In this document: piece by piece, positions 40,781 through 54,400 of the stretch
How the letters are laid out: every line of letters begins with the position of its first letter
Position numbering within the stretch: position 1 is the stretch's first letter
NCBI GenBank assembly: GCA_964016885.1
Contig: OZ024750.1
Location: 39,060,001-39,124,000, forward strand
Length of the DNA: 64,000 bases
Direction: 5' to 3'
From: Eledone cirrhosa
Lineage: Eukaryota
Program-made: the position numbers and the translations under genes
Notes under the pieces: model-generated
The model's database searches: none
Told to the model about the DNA's origin: nothing
Seen by the model: the letters and a program-made list of their open reading frames with translations, nothing else

Positions 40781-43700
40781 TACCTCTACGGTGACAGTGG
40801 TTCTTGTTAACTATTACCTGGGTACCTCTACGATAACTGCTTCTTGTTAACTATTACCTGGGTACCTCTACGATGACAGTGGTTCTTGTTAACTATTACC
40901 TGGGTACCTCTACGATGACTGCTTCTTGTTAACTATTACCTGGGTACCTCTACGATGACTGCTTCTTGTTAACTATTACCTGGGTACCTCTACGATGACT
41001 GCTTCTTGTTAACTATTACCTGGGTACCTCTACGGTGACAGTGGTTCTTGTTAACTATTACCTGTGTACCTCTATGGTGACAGTGCTTCTTGTTAACTAT
41101 TACCTGGGTACCTCTACGGTGACAGTGGTTCTTGTTAACTATTACCTGGGTACCTCTATGGTGACAGTGCTTCTTGTTAACTATTACCTGGGTACCTCTA
41201 CGATGACTGCTTCTTGTTAACTATTACCTGGGTACCTCTACGATGACTGCTTCTTGTTAACTATTACCTGGGTACCTCTACGATGACTGCTTCTTGTTAA
41301 CTATTACCTGGGTACCTCTACGGTGACAGTGGTTCTTGTTAACTATTACCTGTGTACCTCTATGGTGACAGTGGTTCTTGTTAACTATTACCTGTGTACC
41401 TCTATGGTGACAGTGCTTCTTGTTAACTATTACCTGGGTACCTCTACGATGACTGCTTCTTGTTAACTATTACCTGGGTACCTCTACGATGACTGCTTCT
41501 TGTTAACTATTACCTGGGTACCTCTACAGTGACAGTACTTCTTGTTAACTATTACCTGGGTACCTCTACGGTGACAGTGCTTCTTGTTAACTATTACCTG
41601 GGTACCTCTACGGTGACAGTGGTTCTTGTTAACTATTACCTGGGTACCTCTACGGTGACAGTGGTTCTTGTTAACTATTACCTGGGTACCTCTACGGTGA
41701 CAGTGCTTCTTGTTAACTATTACCTGGGTACCTCTACGGTGACAGTGGTTCTTGTTAACTATTACCTGGGTACCTCTACGGTGACAGTGGTTCTTGTTAA
41801 CTATTACCTGGGTACCTCTACGGTGACAGTGCTTCTTGTTAACTATTACCTGGGTACCTCCACAGTGACAGTGCTTCTTGTTAACTATTACCTGGATACC
41901 TCTACGGTGACAGTGCTTCTTGTTAACTATTACCTGGGTACCTCTACGGTGACAGTGGTTCTTGTTAACTATTACCTGGGTACCTCTACGGTGACAGTGC
42001 TTCTTGTTAACTATTACCTGGGTACCTCTACGGTGACAGTGGTTCTTGTTAACTATTACCTGTGTACCTCTATGGTGACAGTGCTTCGTGTTAACTATTA
42101 CCTGGGTACCTCTACGATGACAGTGGTTCTTGTTAACTATTACCTGGGTACCTCTACGATGACTGCTTCTTGTTAACTATTACCTGGGTACCTCTACGGT
42201 GACAGTGGTTCTTGTTAACTATTACCTGGGTACCTCTACGATGACTGCTTCTTGTTAACTATTACCTGGGTACCTCTACGGTGACAGTGGTTCTTGTTAA
42301 CTATTACCTGGGTACCTCTACGATGACTGCTTCTTGTTAACTATTACCTGGGTACCTCTACGGTGACAGTGGTTCTTGTTAACTATTACCTGGGTACCTC
42401 TACGGTGACAGTGGTTCTTGTTAACTATTACCTGGGTACCTCTACGATGACTGCTTCTTGTTAACTATTACCTGGGTACCTCTACGGTGACAGTGGTTCT
42501 TGTTAACTATTACCTGGGTACCTCTACGGTGACAGTGGTTCTTGTTAACTATTACCTGGGTACCTCTACGATGACTGCTTCTTGTTAACTATTACCTGGG
42601 TACCTCTACGGTGACAGTGGTTCTTGTTAACTATTACCTGGGTACCTCTACGGTGACAGTGGTTCTTCTTAACTATTACCTGGGTACCTCTACGATAACT
42701 GCTTCTTGTTAACTATTACCTGGGTACCTCTACGGTGACAGTGGTTCTTGTTAACTATTACCTGGGTACTTCTACGATGACAGTGGTTCTTCTTAACTAT
42801 TACCTGGGTACCTCTACGGTGACAGTGGTTCTTGTTAACTATTACCTGGGTACCTCTACGGTGACAGTGCTTCTTGTTAACTATTACCTGGGTACCTCTA
42901 CGGTGACAGTGCTTCTTGTTAACTATTACCTGGGTACCTCTAGGGTGACAGTGGTTCTTGTTAACTATTACCTGGGTACCTCTACGATGACAGTGGTTCT
43001 TGTTAACTATTACCTGGGTACTTCTACGATGACAGTGGTGCTTGTTAACTATTACCTGGGTACCTCTACGGTGACAGTGCTTCTTGTTAACTATTACCTG
43101 GGTACCTCTACGGTGACAGTGCTTCTTGTTAACTATTACCTGGGTACCTCTACGGTGACAGTGCTTCTTGTTAACTATTACCTGGGTACCTCTACGGTGA
43201 CAGTGCTTCTTGTTAACTATTACCTGGGTACCTCTACGGTGACAGTGCTTCTTGTTAACTATTACCTGGGTACCTCTACGGTGACAGTGCTTCTTGTTAA
43301 CTATTACCTGGGTACCTCTACGGTGACAGTGCTTCTTGTTAACTATTACCTGGGTACCTCTACGGTGACAGTGGTTCTTGTTAACTATTACCTGGATACC
43401 TCTACGATGACTGCTTCTTGTTAACTATTACCTGGGTACCTCTACAGTGACAGTCCTTCTTGTTAACTATTACCTGGGTACCTCTACGGTGACAGTGCTT
43501 CTTGTTAACTATTACCTGGGTACCTCTACGATGACTGCTTCTTGTTAACTATTACCTGGGTACCTCTACGATGACTGCTTCTTGTTAACTATTACCTGGG
43601 TACCTCAACGGTGACAGTGGTTCTTGTTAACTATTACCTGTGTACCTCTATGGTGACAGTGCTTCTTGTTAACTATTACCCGGGTACCTCTACGATGACT

Positions 43701-46700
43701 GCTTCTTGTTAACTATTACCTGGGTACCTCTACGATGACTGCTTCTTGTTAACTATTACCTGCGTACCTCTACAGTGACAGTGCTTCTTGTTAACTATTA
43801 CCTGGGTACCTCTACGGTGACAGTGCTTCTTGTTTACTATTACCTGGGTACCTCTACGGTGACAGTGCTTCTTGTTAACTATTACCTGGGTACCTCTACG
43901 GTGACAGTGCTTCTTGTTAACTATTACCTGGGTACCTCTACGGTGACAGTGGTTCTTGTTAACTATTACCTGGGTACCTCTACGATAACTGCTTCTTGTT
44001 AACTATTACCTGGGTACCTCTACGGTGACAGTGGTTCTTGTTAACTATTACCTGGGTACTTCTACGATGACAGTGGTTCTTGTTAACTATTACCTGGGTA
44101 CCTCTACGGTGACAGTGGTTCTTGTTAACTATTACCTGGGTACCTCTACGGTGACAGTGCTTCTTGTTAACTATTACCTGGGTACCTCTACCTTGACAGT
44201 GCTTCTTGTTAACTATTACCTGGGTACCTCTAGGGTGACAGTGGTTCTTGTTAACTATTTCCTGGGTACCTCTACGATGACAGTGCTTCTTGTTAACTAT
44301 TACCTGGGTACCTCTACAGTGACAGTGGTTCTTGTTAACTATTACCTGCGTACCTCTACGGTGACAGTGGTTCTTGTTAACTATTACCTGGGTACCTCTA
44401 CGGTGACAGTGGTTCTTGTAAACTATTACCTGGGTACCTCTACGATGACTGCTTCTTGTTAACTATTACCTGGGTACCTCTACGGTGACAGTGGTTCTTG
44501 TTAACTATTACCTGGGTACCTCTACGGTGACAGTGGTTCTTGTTAACTATTACCTGGGTACCTCTACGGTGACAGTGCTTCTTGTTAACTATTACCTGGG
44601 TACCTCTACGATGACTGCTTCTTGTTAACTATTACCTGGGTACCTCTACGATGACAGTGCTTCTTGTTAACTATTAGCTGGGTACCTCTACGGTGACAGT
44701 GCTTCTTGTTAACTATTACCTGGGTACCTCTACGATGACTGCTTCTTGTTAACTATTACCTGGGTACCTCTACGGTGACAGTGCTTCTTGTTAACTATTA
44801 CCTGGGTACCTCTACGGTGACAGTGCTTCTTGTTAACTATTACCTGGGTACCTCTACGATGACTAATTCTTGTTAACTATTACCTGGGTACCTCTACGGT
44901 GACAGTGCTTCTTGTTAACTATTACCTGGGTACCTCTACGGTGACAGTGCTTCTTGTTAACTATTACCTGGGTACCTCTACGATGACTGCTTCTTGTTAA
45001 CTATTACCTGGGTACCTCTACGATGACAGTGCTTCTTGTTAACTATTACCTGGGTACCTCTACGGTGACAGTGGTTCTTGTTAACTATTACCTGGGTACC
45101 TCTACGGTGACAGTGGTTCTTGTTAACTATTACCTGGGTACCTCTACGATGACAGTGGTTCTTGTTAACTATTACCTGGGTACCTCTACGGTGACAGTGG
45201 TTCTTGTTAACTATTACCTGGGTACCTCTACGGTGACAGTGGTTCTTGTTAACTATTACCTGGGTACCTCTACGATGACAGTGGTTCTTGTTAAGTATTA
45301 CCTGGGTACCTCTACGGTGACAGTGGTTCTTGTTAACTATGACCTGGGTACCTCTACGGTGACAGTGGTTCTTGTGAACTATTACCTGGGTACCTCTACG
45401 GTGACAGTGGTTCTTGTTAACTATGACCTGGGTACCTCTACACTGACAGTGGTTCTTGTGAACTATTACCTGGGTACCTCTACGGTGACAGTGGTTCTTG
45501 TTAACTATGACCTGGGTACCTCTACAGTGACAGTGCTTCTTGTTAACTATTACCTGGGTACCTCTACAGTGACAGTGCTTCTTGTTAACTATTACCTGGG
45601 TACCTCTACGGTGACAGTGCTTCTTGTTAACTATTACCTGGGTACCTCTACGGTGACAGTGGTTCTTGTTAACTATTACCTGGGTACCTCTACAGTGACA
45701 GTGGTTCTTGTTAACTATTACCTGGGTACCTCTACGGTGACAGTGCTTCTTGTTAACTATTACCTGGGTACCTCTACGGTGACAGTGCTTGTTGTTAACT
45801 ATTACCTGTGTACCTCTACAGTGAGAGTGGTTCTTGTTAACTATTACCTGGGTACCTCTACGGTGACAGTGCTTCTTGTTAACTATTACCTGGGTACCTC
45901 TATGGTGACAGTGGTTCTTGTTAACTATTACCTGGGTACCTCTACGGTGACAGTGGTTCTTGTTAACTATTACCTGGGTACATCTACGGTGACAGTGCTT
46001 CTTGTTAACTATTACCTGTGTACCTCTACAGTGAGAGTGGTTCTTGTTAACTATTACCTGGGTACCTCTACGGTGACAGTGCTTCTTGTTAACTATTACC
46101 TGGGTACCTCTATGGTGACAGTGGTTCTTGTTAACTATTACCTGGTACCTTTACGGTGACAGTGCTTCTTGTTAACTATTACCTGGGTACCTCTACGGTG
46201 ACAGTGGTTCTTGTTAACTATTACCTGTGTACCTCTATGGTGACAGTGCTTCGTGTTAACTATTACCTGGGTACCTCTACGGTGACAGTGCTTCTTGTTA
46301 ACTATTACCTGGGTACCTCTACAGTGACAGTGCTTCTTGTTAACTATTACCTGGGTACCTCTACGGTGACAGTGGTTCTTGTTAACTATTACCTGTGTAT
46401 CTCTACGGTGACAGTGCTTCTTGTTAACTATTACCTGGGTACCTCTACGGTGACAGTGGTTCTTGTTAACTATTACCTGGGTACCTCTACGGTGACAGTG
46501 GTTCTTGTTAACTATTACCTGTGTACCTCTACGGTGACAGTGCTTCTTGTTAACTATTACCTGGGTACCTCTACGGTGACAGTGGTTCTTGTTAACTATT
46601 ACCTGGGTACCTCTACGGTGACAGTGGTTCTTGTTAACTATTACCTGGGTACCTCTACGATAACTGCTTCTTGTTAACTATTACCTGGGTACCTCTACGA

Positions 46701-48490
46701 TGACAGTGGTTCTTGTTAACTATTACCTGGGTACCTCTACGATGACTGCTTCTTGTTAACTATTACCTGGGTACCTCTACGATGACTGCTTCTTGTTAAC
46801 TATTACCTGGGTACCTCTACGATGACTGCTTCTTGTTAACTATTACCTGGGTACCTCTACGGTGACAGTGGTTCTTGTTAACTATTACCTGTGTACCTCT
46901 ATGGTGACAGTGCTTCTTGTTAACTATTACCTGGGTACCTCTACGGTGACAGTGGTTCTTGTTAACTATTACCTGGGTACCTCTATGGTGACAGTGCTTC
47001 TTGTTAACTATTACCTGGGTACCTCTACGATGACTGCTTCTTGTTAACTATTACCTGGGTACCTCTACGATGACTGCTTCTTGTTAACTATTACCTGGGT
47101 ACCTCTACGATGACTGCTTCTTGTTAACTATTACCTGGGTACCTCTACGGTGACAGTGGTTCTTGTTAACTATTACCTGTGTACCTCTATGGTGACAGTG
47201 GTTCTTGTTAACTATTACCTGTGTACCTCTATGGTGACAGTGCTTCTTGTTAACTATTACCTGGGTACCTCTACGATGACTGCTTCTTGTTAACTATTAC
47301 CTGGGTACCTCTACGATGACTGCTTCTTGTTAACTATTACCTGGGTACCTCTACAGTGACAGTACTTCTTGTTAACTATTACCTGGGTACCTCTACGGTG
47401 ACAGTGCTTCTTGTTAACTATTACCTGGGTACCTCTACGGTGACAGTGGTTCTTGTTAACTATTACCTGGGTACCTCTACGGTGACAGTGGTTCTTGTTA
47501 ACTATTACCTGGGTACCTCTACGGTGACAGTGCTTCTTGTTAACTATTACCTGGGTACCTCTACGGTGACAGTGGTTCTTGTTAACTATTACCTGGGTAC
47601 CTCTACGGTGACAGTGGTTCTTGTTAACTATTACCTGGGTACCTCTACGGTGACAGTGCTTCTTGTTAACTATTACCTGGGTACCTCCACAGTGACAGTG
47701 CTTCTTGTTAACTATTACCTGGATACCTCTACGGTGACAGTGCTTCTTGTTAACTATTACCTGGGTACCTCTACGGTGACAGTGGTTCTTGTTAACTATT
47801 ACCTGGGTACCTCTACGGTGACAGTGCTTCTTGTTAACTATTACCTGGGTACCTCTACGGTGACAGTGGTTCTTGTTAACTATTACCTGTGTACCTCTAT
47901 GGTGACAGTGCTTCGTGTTAACTATTACCTGGGTACCTCTACGATGAGAGTGGTTCTTGTTAACTATTACCTGGGTACCTCTACGATGACTGCTTCTTGT
48001 TAACTATTACCTGGGTACCTCTACGGTGACAGTGGTTCTTGTTAACTATTACCTGGGTACCTCTACGATGACTGCTTCTTGTTAACTATTACCTGGGTAC
48101 CTCTACGGTGACAGTGGTTCTTGTTAACTATTACCTGGGTACCTCTACGATGACTGCTTCTTGTTAACTATTACCTGGGTACCTCTACGGTGACAGTGGT
48201 TCTTGTTAACTATTACCTGGGTACCTCTACGGTGACAGTGGTTCTTGTTAACTATTACCTGGGTACCTCTACGATGACTGCTTCTTGTTAACTATTACCT
48301 GGGTACCTCTACGGTGACAGTGGTTCTTGTTAACTATTACCTGGGTACCTCTACGGTGACAGTGGTTCTTGTTAACTATTACCTGGGTACCTCTACGATG
48401 ACTGCTTCTTGTTAACTATTACCTGGGTACCTCTACGGTGACAGTGGTTCTTGTTAACTATTACCTGGGTACCTCTACGGTGACAGTGGT
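38460..48490. repeat. Block duplication, offset 5827 bp (about 38460-42660 and 44285-48490)
   Basis: ORF pairs 39196/45023, 40329/46156, 41035/46862 and 41529/47356. Confidence 0.92.
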
Positions 48491-51400
48491 TCTTGTTAAC
48501 TATTACCTGGGTACCTCTATGGTGAGAGTGGTTCTTGTTAACTATTACCTGGGTACCTCTACGATGAATGCTTCTTGTTAACTATTACCTGGGTACCTCT
48601 ACGGTGACAGTGGTTCTTGTTAACTATTACCTGGGTACCTCTACGGTGACAGTGGTTCTTGTTAACTATTACCTGTGTACCTCTACGGTGACAGTGCTTC
48701 TTGTTAACTATTACCTGGGTACCTCTACGGTGACAGTGGTTCTTGTTAACTATTACCTGGGTACCTCTACGGTGACAGTGCTTCTTGTTAACTATTACCT
48801 GGGTACCTCTACGGTGACAGTGCTTCTTGTTAACTATTACCTGGGTACCTCTACGGTGACAGTGGTTCTTGTTAACTATTACCTGGGTACCTCTACGATA
48901 ACTGCTTCTTGTTAACTATTACCTGGGTACCTCTACGGTGACAGTGGTTCTTGTTAACTATTACCTGGGTACTTCTACGATGACAGTGGTTCTTGTTAAC
49001 TATTACCTGGGTACCTCTACGGTGACAGTGGTTCTTGTTAACTATTACCTGGGTACCTCTACGGTGACAGTGCTTCTTGTTAACTATTACCTGGGTACCT
49101 CTACCTTGACAGTGCTTCTTGTTAACTATTACCTGGGTACCTCTAGGGTGACAGTGGTTCTTGTTAACTATTACCTGGGTACCTCTACGATGACAGTGGT
49201 TCTTGTTAACTATTACCTGGATACCTCTACGATGACTGCTTCTTGTTAACTATTACCTGGGTACCTCTACAGTGACAGTGCTTCTTGTTAACTATTACCT
49301 GGGTACCTCTACGGTGACAGTGCTTCTTGTTAACTATTACCTGGGTACTTCTACGATGACAGTGGTTCTTGTTAACTATTACCTGGGTACCTCTACGGTG
49401 ACAGTGCTTCTTGTTAACTATTACCTGGGTACCTCTACGGTGACAGTGCTTCTTGTTAACTATTACCTGGGTACCTCTACGGTGACAGTGCTTCTTGTTA
49501 ACTATTACCTGGGTACCTCTACGGTGACAGTGCTTCTTGTTAACTATTACCTGGGTACCTCTACGGTGACAGTGCTTCTTGTTAACTATTACCTGGGTAC
49601 CTCTACGGTGACAGTGCTTCTTGTTAACTATTACCTGGGTACCTCTACGGTGACAGTGCTTCTTGTTAACTATTACCTGGGTACCTCTACGGTGACAGTG
49701 GTTCTTGTTAACTATTACCTGGATACCTCTACGATGACTGCTTCTTGTTAACTATTACCTGGGTACCTCTACAGTGACAGTGCTTCTTGTTAACTATTAC
49801 CTGGGTACCTCTACGGTGACAGTGCTTCTTGTTAACTATTACCTGGGTACCTCTACGATGACTGCTTCTTGTTAACTATTACCTGGGTACCTCTACGATG
49901 ACTGCTTCTTGTTAACTATTACCTGGGTACCTCTACGGTGACAGTGGTTCTTGTTAACTATTACCTGTGTACCTCTATGGTGACAGTGCTTCTTGTTAAC
50001 TATTACCTGGGTACCTCTACGATGACTGCTTCTTGTTAACTATTACCTGGGTACCTCTACGATGACTGCTTCTTGTTAACTATTACCTGGGTAGCTCTAC
50101 AGTGACAGTGCTTCTTGTTAACTATTACCTGGGTACCTCTACGGTGACAGTGCTTCTTGTTAACTATTACCTGGGTACCTCTACGGTGACAGTGCTTCTT
50201 GTTAACTATTACCTGGGTACCTCTACGGTGACAGTGCTTCTTGTTAACTATTACCTGGGTACCTCTACGGTGACAGTGGTTTTTGTTAACTATTACCTGG
50301 GTACCTCTACGGTGACAGTGGTTCTTGTTAACTATTACCTGGGTACCTCTACGGTGACAGTGGTTCTTGTTAACTATTACCTGGGTACCTCTACGGTGAC
50401 AGTGGTTCTTGTTAACTATTACCTGGGTACGTCTACGGTCACAGTGCTTCTTGTTAACTATTACCTGGGTACCTCTACGATGACAGTGCTTCTTGTTAAC
50501 TATTACCTGGGTACCTCTACGATGACAGTGCTTCTTGTTAACTATTACCTGGGTACCTCTACGGTGACAGTGCTTCTTGTTAACTATTACCTGGATACCT
50601 CTACGATGACTGCTTCTTGTTAACTATTACCTGGGTACCTCTACGGTGACAGTGGTTCTTGTGAACTATTACCTGGGTACCTCTACGGTGACAGTGCTTC
50701 TTGTTAACTATTACCTGGGTACCTCTACGATGACTGCTTCTTGTTAACTATTACCTGGGTACCTCTACGGTGACAGTGCTTCTTGTTAACTATTACCTGG
50801 GTACCTCTACGGTGACAGTGCTTCTTGTTAACTATTACCTGGGTACCTCTACGATGACTGCTTCTTGTTAACTATTACCTGGGTACCTGTACGATGACAG
50901 TGCTTCTTGTTAACTATTACCTGGGTACCTCTACGGTGACAGTGGTTCTTGTTAACTATTACCTGGGTACCTCTACGGTGACAGTGGTTCTTGTTAACTA
51001 TTACCTGGGTACCTCTACGATGACAGTGGTTCTTGTTAACTATTACCTGGGTACCTCTACGGTGACAGTGCTTCTTGTTAACTATTACCTGGGTACCTCT
51101 ACGGTGACAGTGGTTCTTGTTAACTATTACCTGGGTACCTCTACGGTGACAGTGGTTCTTGTTAACTATTACCTGGGTACCTCTACGGTGACAGTGGTTC
51201 TTGTTAACTATTACCTGGGTACCTCTACGATGACAGTGGTTCTTGTTAACTATTACCTGGGTACCTCTACGGTGACAGTGGTTCTTGTTAACTATGACCT
51301 GGGTACCTCTACGGTGACAGTGGTTCTTGTGAACTATTACCTGGGTACCTCTACGGTGACAGTGGTTCTTGTTAACTATGACCTGGGTACCTCTACACTG

Positions 51401-54400
51401 ACAGTGGTTCTTGTGAACTATTACCTGGGTACCTCTACGGTGACAGTGGTTCTTGTTAACTATGACCTGGGTACCTCTACAGTGACAGTGCTTCTTGTTA
51501 ACTATTACCTGGGTACCTCTACAGTGACAGTGCTTCTTGTTAACTATTACCTGGGTACCTCTACGGTGACAGTGCTTCTTGTTAACTATTACCTGGGTAC
51601 CTCTACGGTGACAGTGGTTCTTGTTAACTATTACCTGGGTACCTCTACAGTGACAGTGGTTCTTGTTAACTATTACCTGGGTACCTCTACGGTGACAGTG
51701 CTTCTTGTTAACTATTACCTGGGTATCTCTACGGTGACAGTGCTTCTTGTTAACTATTACCTGTGTACCTCTACAGTGAGAGTGGTTCTTGTTAACTATT
51801 ACCTGGGTACCTCTACGGTGACAGTGCTTCTTGTTAACTATTACCTGGGTACCTCTATGGTGACAGTGGTTCTTGTTAACTATTACCTGGGTACCTCTAC
51901 GGTGACAGTGGTTCTTGTTAACTATTACCTGGGTACCTCTACGGTGACAGTGGTTCTTGTTAACTATTACCTGGGTACCTCTACGGTGACAGTGGTTCTT
52001 GTTAACTATTACCTGGGTACCTCTACGGTGACAGTGGTTCTTGTTAACTATTACCTGGGTACCTCTACGGTGACAGTGGTTCTTGTTAGCTATTACCTGG
52101 GTACCTCTACGGTGACAGTGGTTCTTGTTAACTATTACCTGGGTACCTCTACGGTGACAGTGGTTCTTGTTAACTATTACCTGGGTACCTCTACGATGAC
52201 TGCTTCTTGTTAACTATTACCTGGGTACCTCTACGATGACTGCTTCTTGTTAACTATTACCTGGGTACCTCTACGGTGACAGTGGTTCTTGTTAACTATT
52301 ACCTGTGTACCTCTATGGTGACAGTGCTTCTTGTTAACTATTACCTGGGTACCTCTACGGTGACAGTGGTTCTTGTTAACTATTACCTGGGTACCTCTAT
52401 GGTGACAGTGCTTCTTGTTAACTATTACCTGGGTACCTCTACGATGACTGCTTCTTGTTAACTATTACCTGGGTACCTCTACGATGACTGCTTCTTGTTA
52501 ACTATTACCTGGGTACCTCTACGATGACTGCTTCTTGTTAACTATTACCTGGGTACCTCTACGGTGACAGTGGTTCTTGTTAACTATTACCTGTGTACCT
52601 CTATGGTGACAGTGGTTCTTGTTAACTATTACCTGTGTACCTCTATGGTGACAGTGCTTCTTGTTAACTATTACCTGGGTACCTCTACGATGACTGCTTC
52701 TTGTTAACTATTACCTGGGTACCTCTACGATGACTGCTTCTTGTTAACTATTACCTGGGTACCTCTACAGTGACAGTACTTCTTGTTAACTATTACCTGG
52801 GTACCTCTACGGTGACAGTGCTTCTTGTTAACTATTACCTGGGTACCTCTACGGTGACAGTGGTTCTTGTTAACTATTACCTGGGTACCTCTACGGTGAC
52901 AGTGGTTCTTGTTAACTATTACCTGGGTACCTCTACGGTGACAGTGCTTCTTGTTAACTATTACCTGGGTACCTCTACGGTGACAGTGGTTCTTGTTAAC
53001 TATTACCTGGGTACCTCTACGGTGACAGTGGTTCTTGTTAACTATTACCTGGGTACCTCTACGGTGACAGTGCTTCTTGTTAACTATTACCTGGGTACCT
53101 CCACAGTGACAGTGCTTCTTGTTAACTATTACCTGGATACCTCTACGGTGACAGTGCTTCTTGTTAACTATTACCTGGGTACCTCTACGGTGACAGTGGT
53201 TCTTGTTAACTATTACCTGGGTACCTCTACGGTGACAGTGCTTCTTGTTAACTATTACCTGGGTACCTCTACGGTGACAGTGGTTCTTGTTAACTATTAC
53301 CTGTGTACCTCTATGGTGACAGTGCTTCGTGTTAACTATTACCTGGGTACCTCTACGATGACAGTGGTTCTTGTTAACTATTACCTGGGTACCTCTACGA
53401 TGACTGCTTCTTGTTAACTATTACCTGGGTACCTCTACGGTGACAGTGGTTCTTGTTAACTATTACCTGGGTACCTCTACGATGACTGCTTCTTGTTAAC
53501 TATTACCTGGGTACCTCTACGGTGACAGTGGTTCTTGTTAACTATTACCTGGGTACCTCTACGATGACTGCTTCTTGTTAACTATTACCTGGGTACCTCT
53601 ACGGTGACAGTGGTTCTTGTTAACTATTACCTGGGTACCTCTACGGTGACAGTGGTTCTTGTTAACTATTACCTGGGTACCTCTACGATGACTGCTTCTT
53701 GTTAACTATTACCTGGGTACCTCTACGGTGACATTGGTTCTTGTTAACTATTACCTGGGTACCTCTACGGTGACAGTGGTTCTTGTTAACTATTACCTGG
53801 GTACCTCTACGATGACTGCTTCTTGTTAACTATTACCTGGGTACCTCTACGGTGACAGTGGTTCTTGTTAACTATTACCTGGGTACCTCTACGGTGACAG
53901 TGGTTCTTGTTAACTATTACCTGGGTACCTCTATGGTGAGAGTGGTTCTTGTTAACTATTACCTGGGTACCTCTACGATGAATGCTTCTTGTTAACTATT
54001 ACCTGGGTACCTCTACGGTGACAGTGGTTCTTGTTAACTATTACCTGGGTACCTCTACGGTGACAGTGGTTCTTTTTAACTATTACCTGTGTACCTCTAC
54101 GGTGACAGTGCTTCTTGTTAACTATTACCTGGGTACCTCTACGGTGACAGTGGTTCTTGTTAACTATTACCTGGGTACCTCTACGGTGACAGTGCTTCTT
54201 GTTAACTATTACCTGGGTACCTCTACGGTGACAGTGCTTCTTGTTAACTATTACCTGGGTACCTCTACGGTGACAGTGGTTCTTGTTAACTATTACCTGG
54301 GTACCTCTACGATAACTGCTTCTTGTTAACTATTACCTGGGTACCTCTACGGTGACAGTGGTTCTTGTTAACTATTACCTGGGTACTTCTACGATGACAG

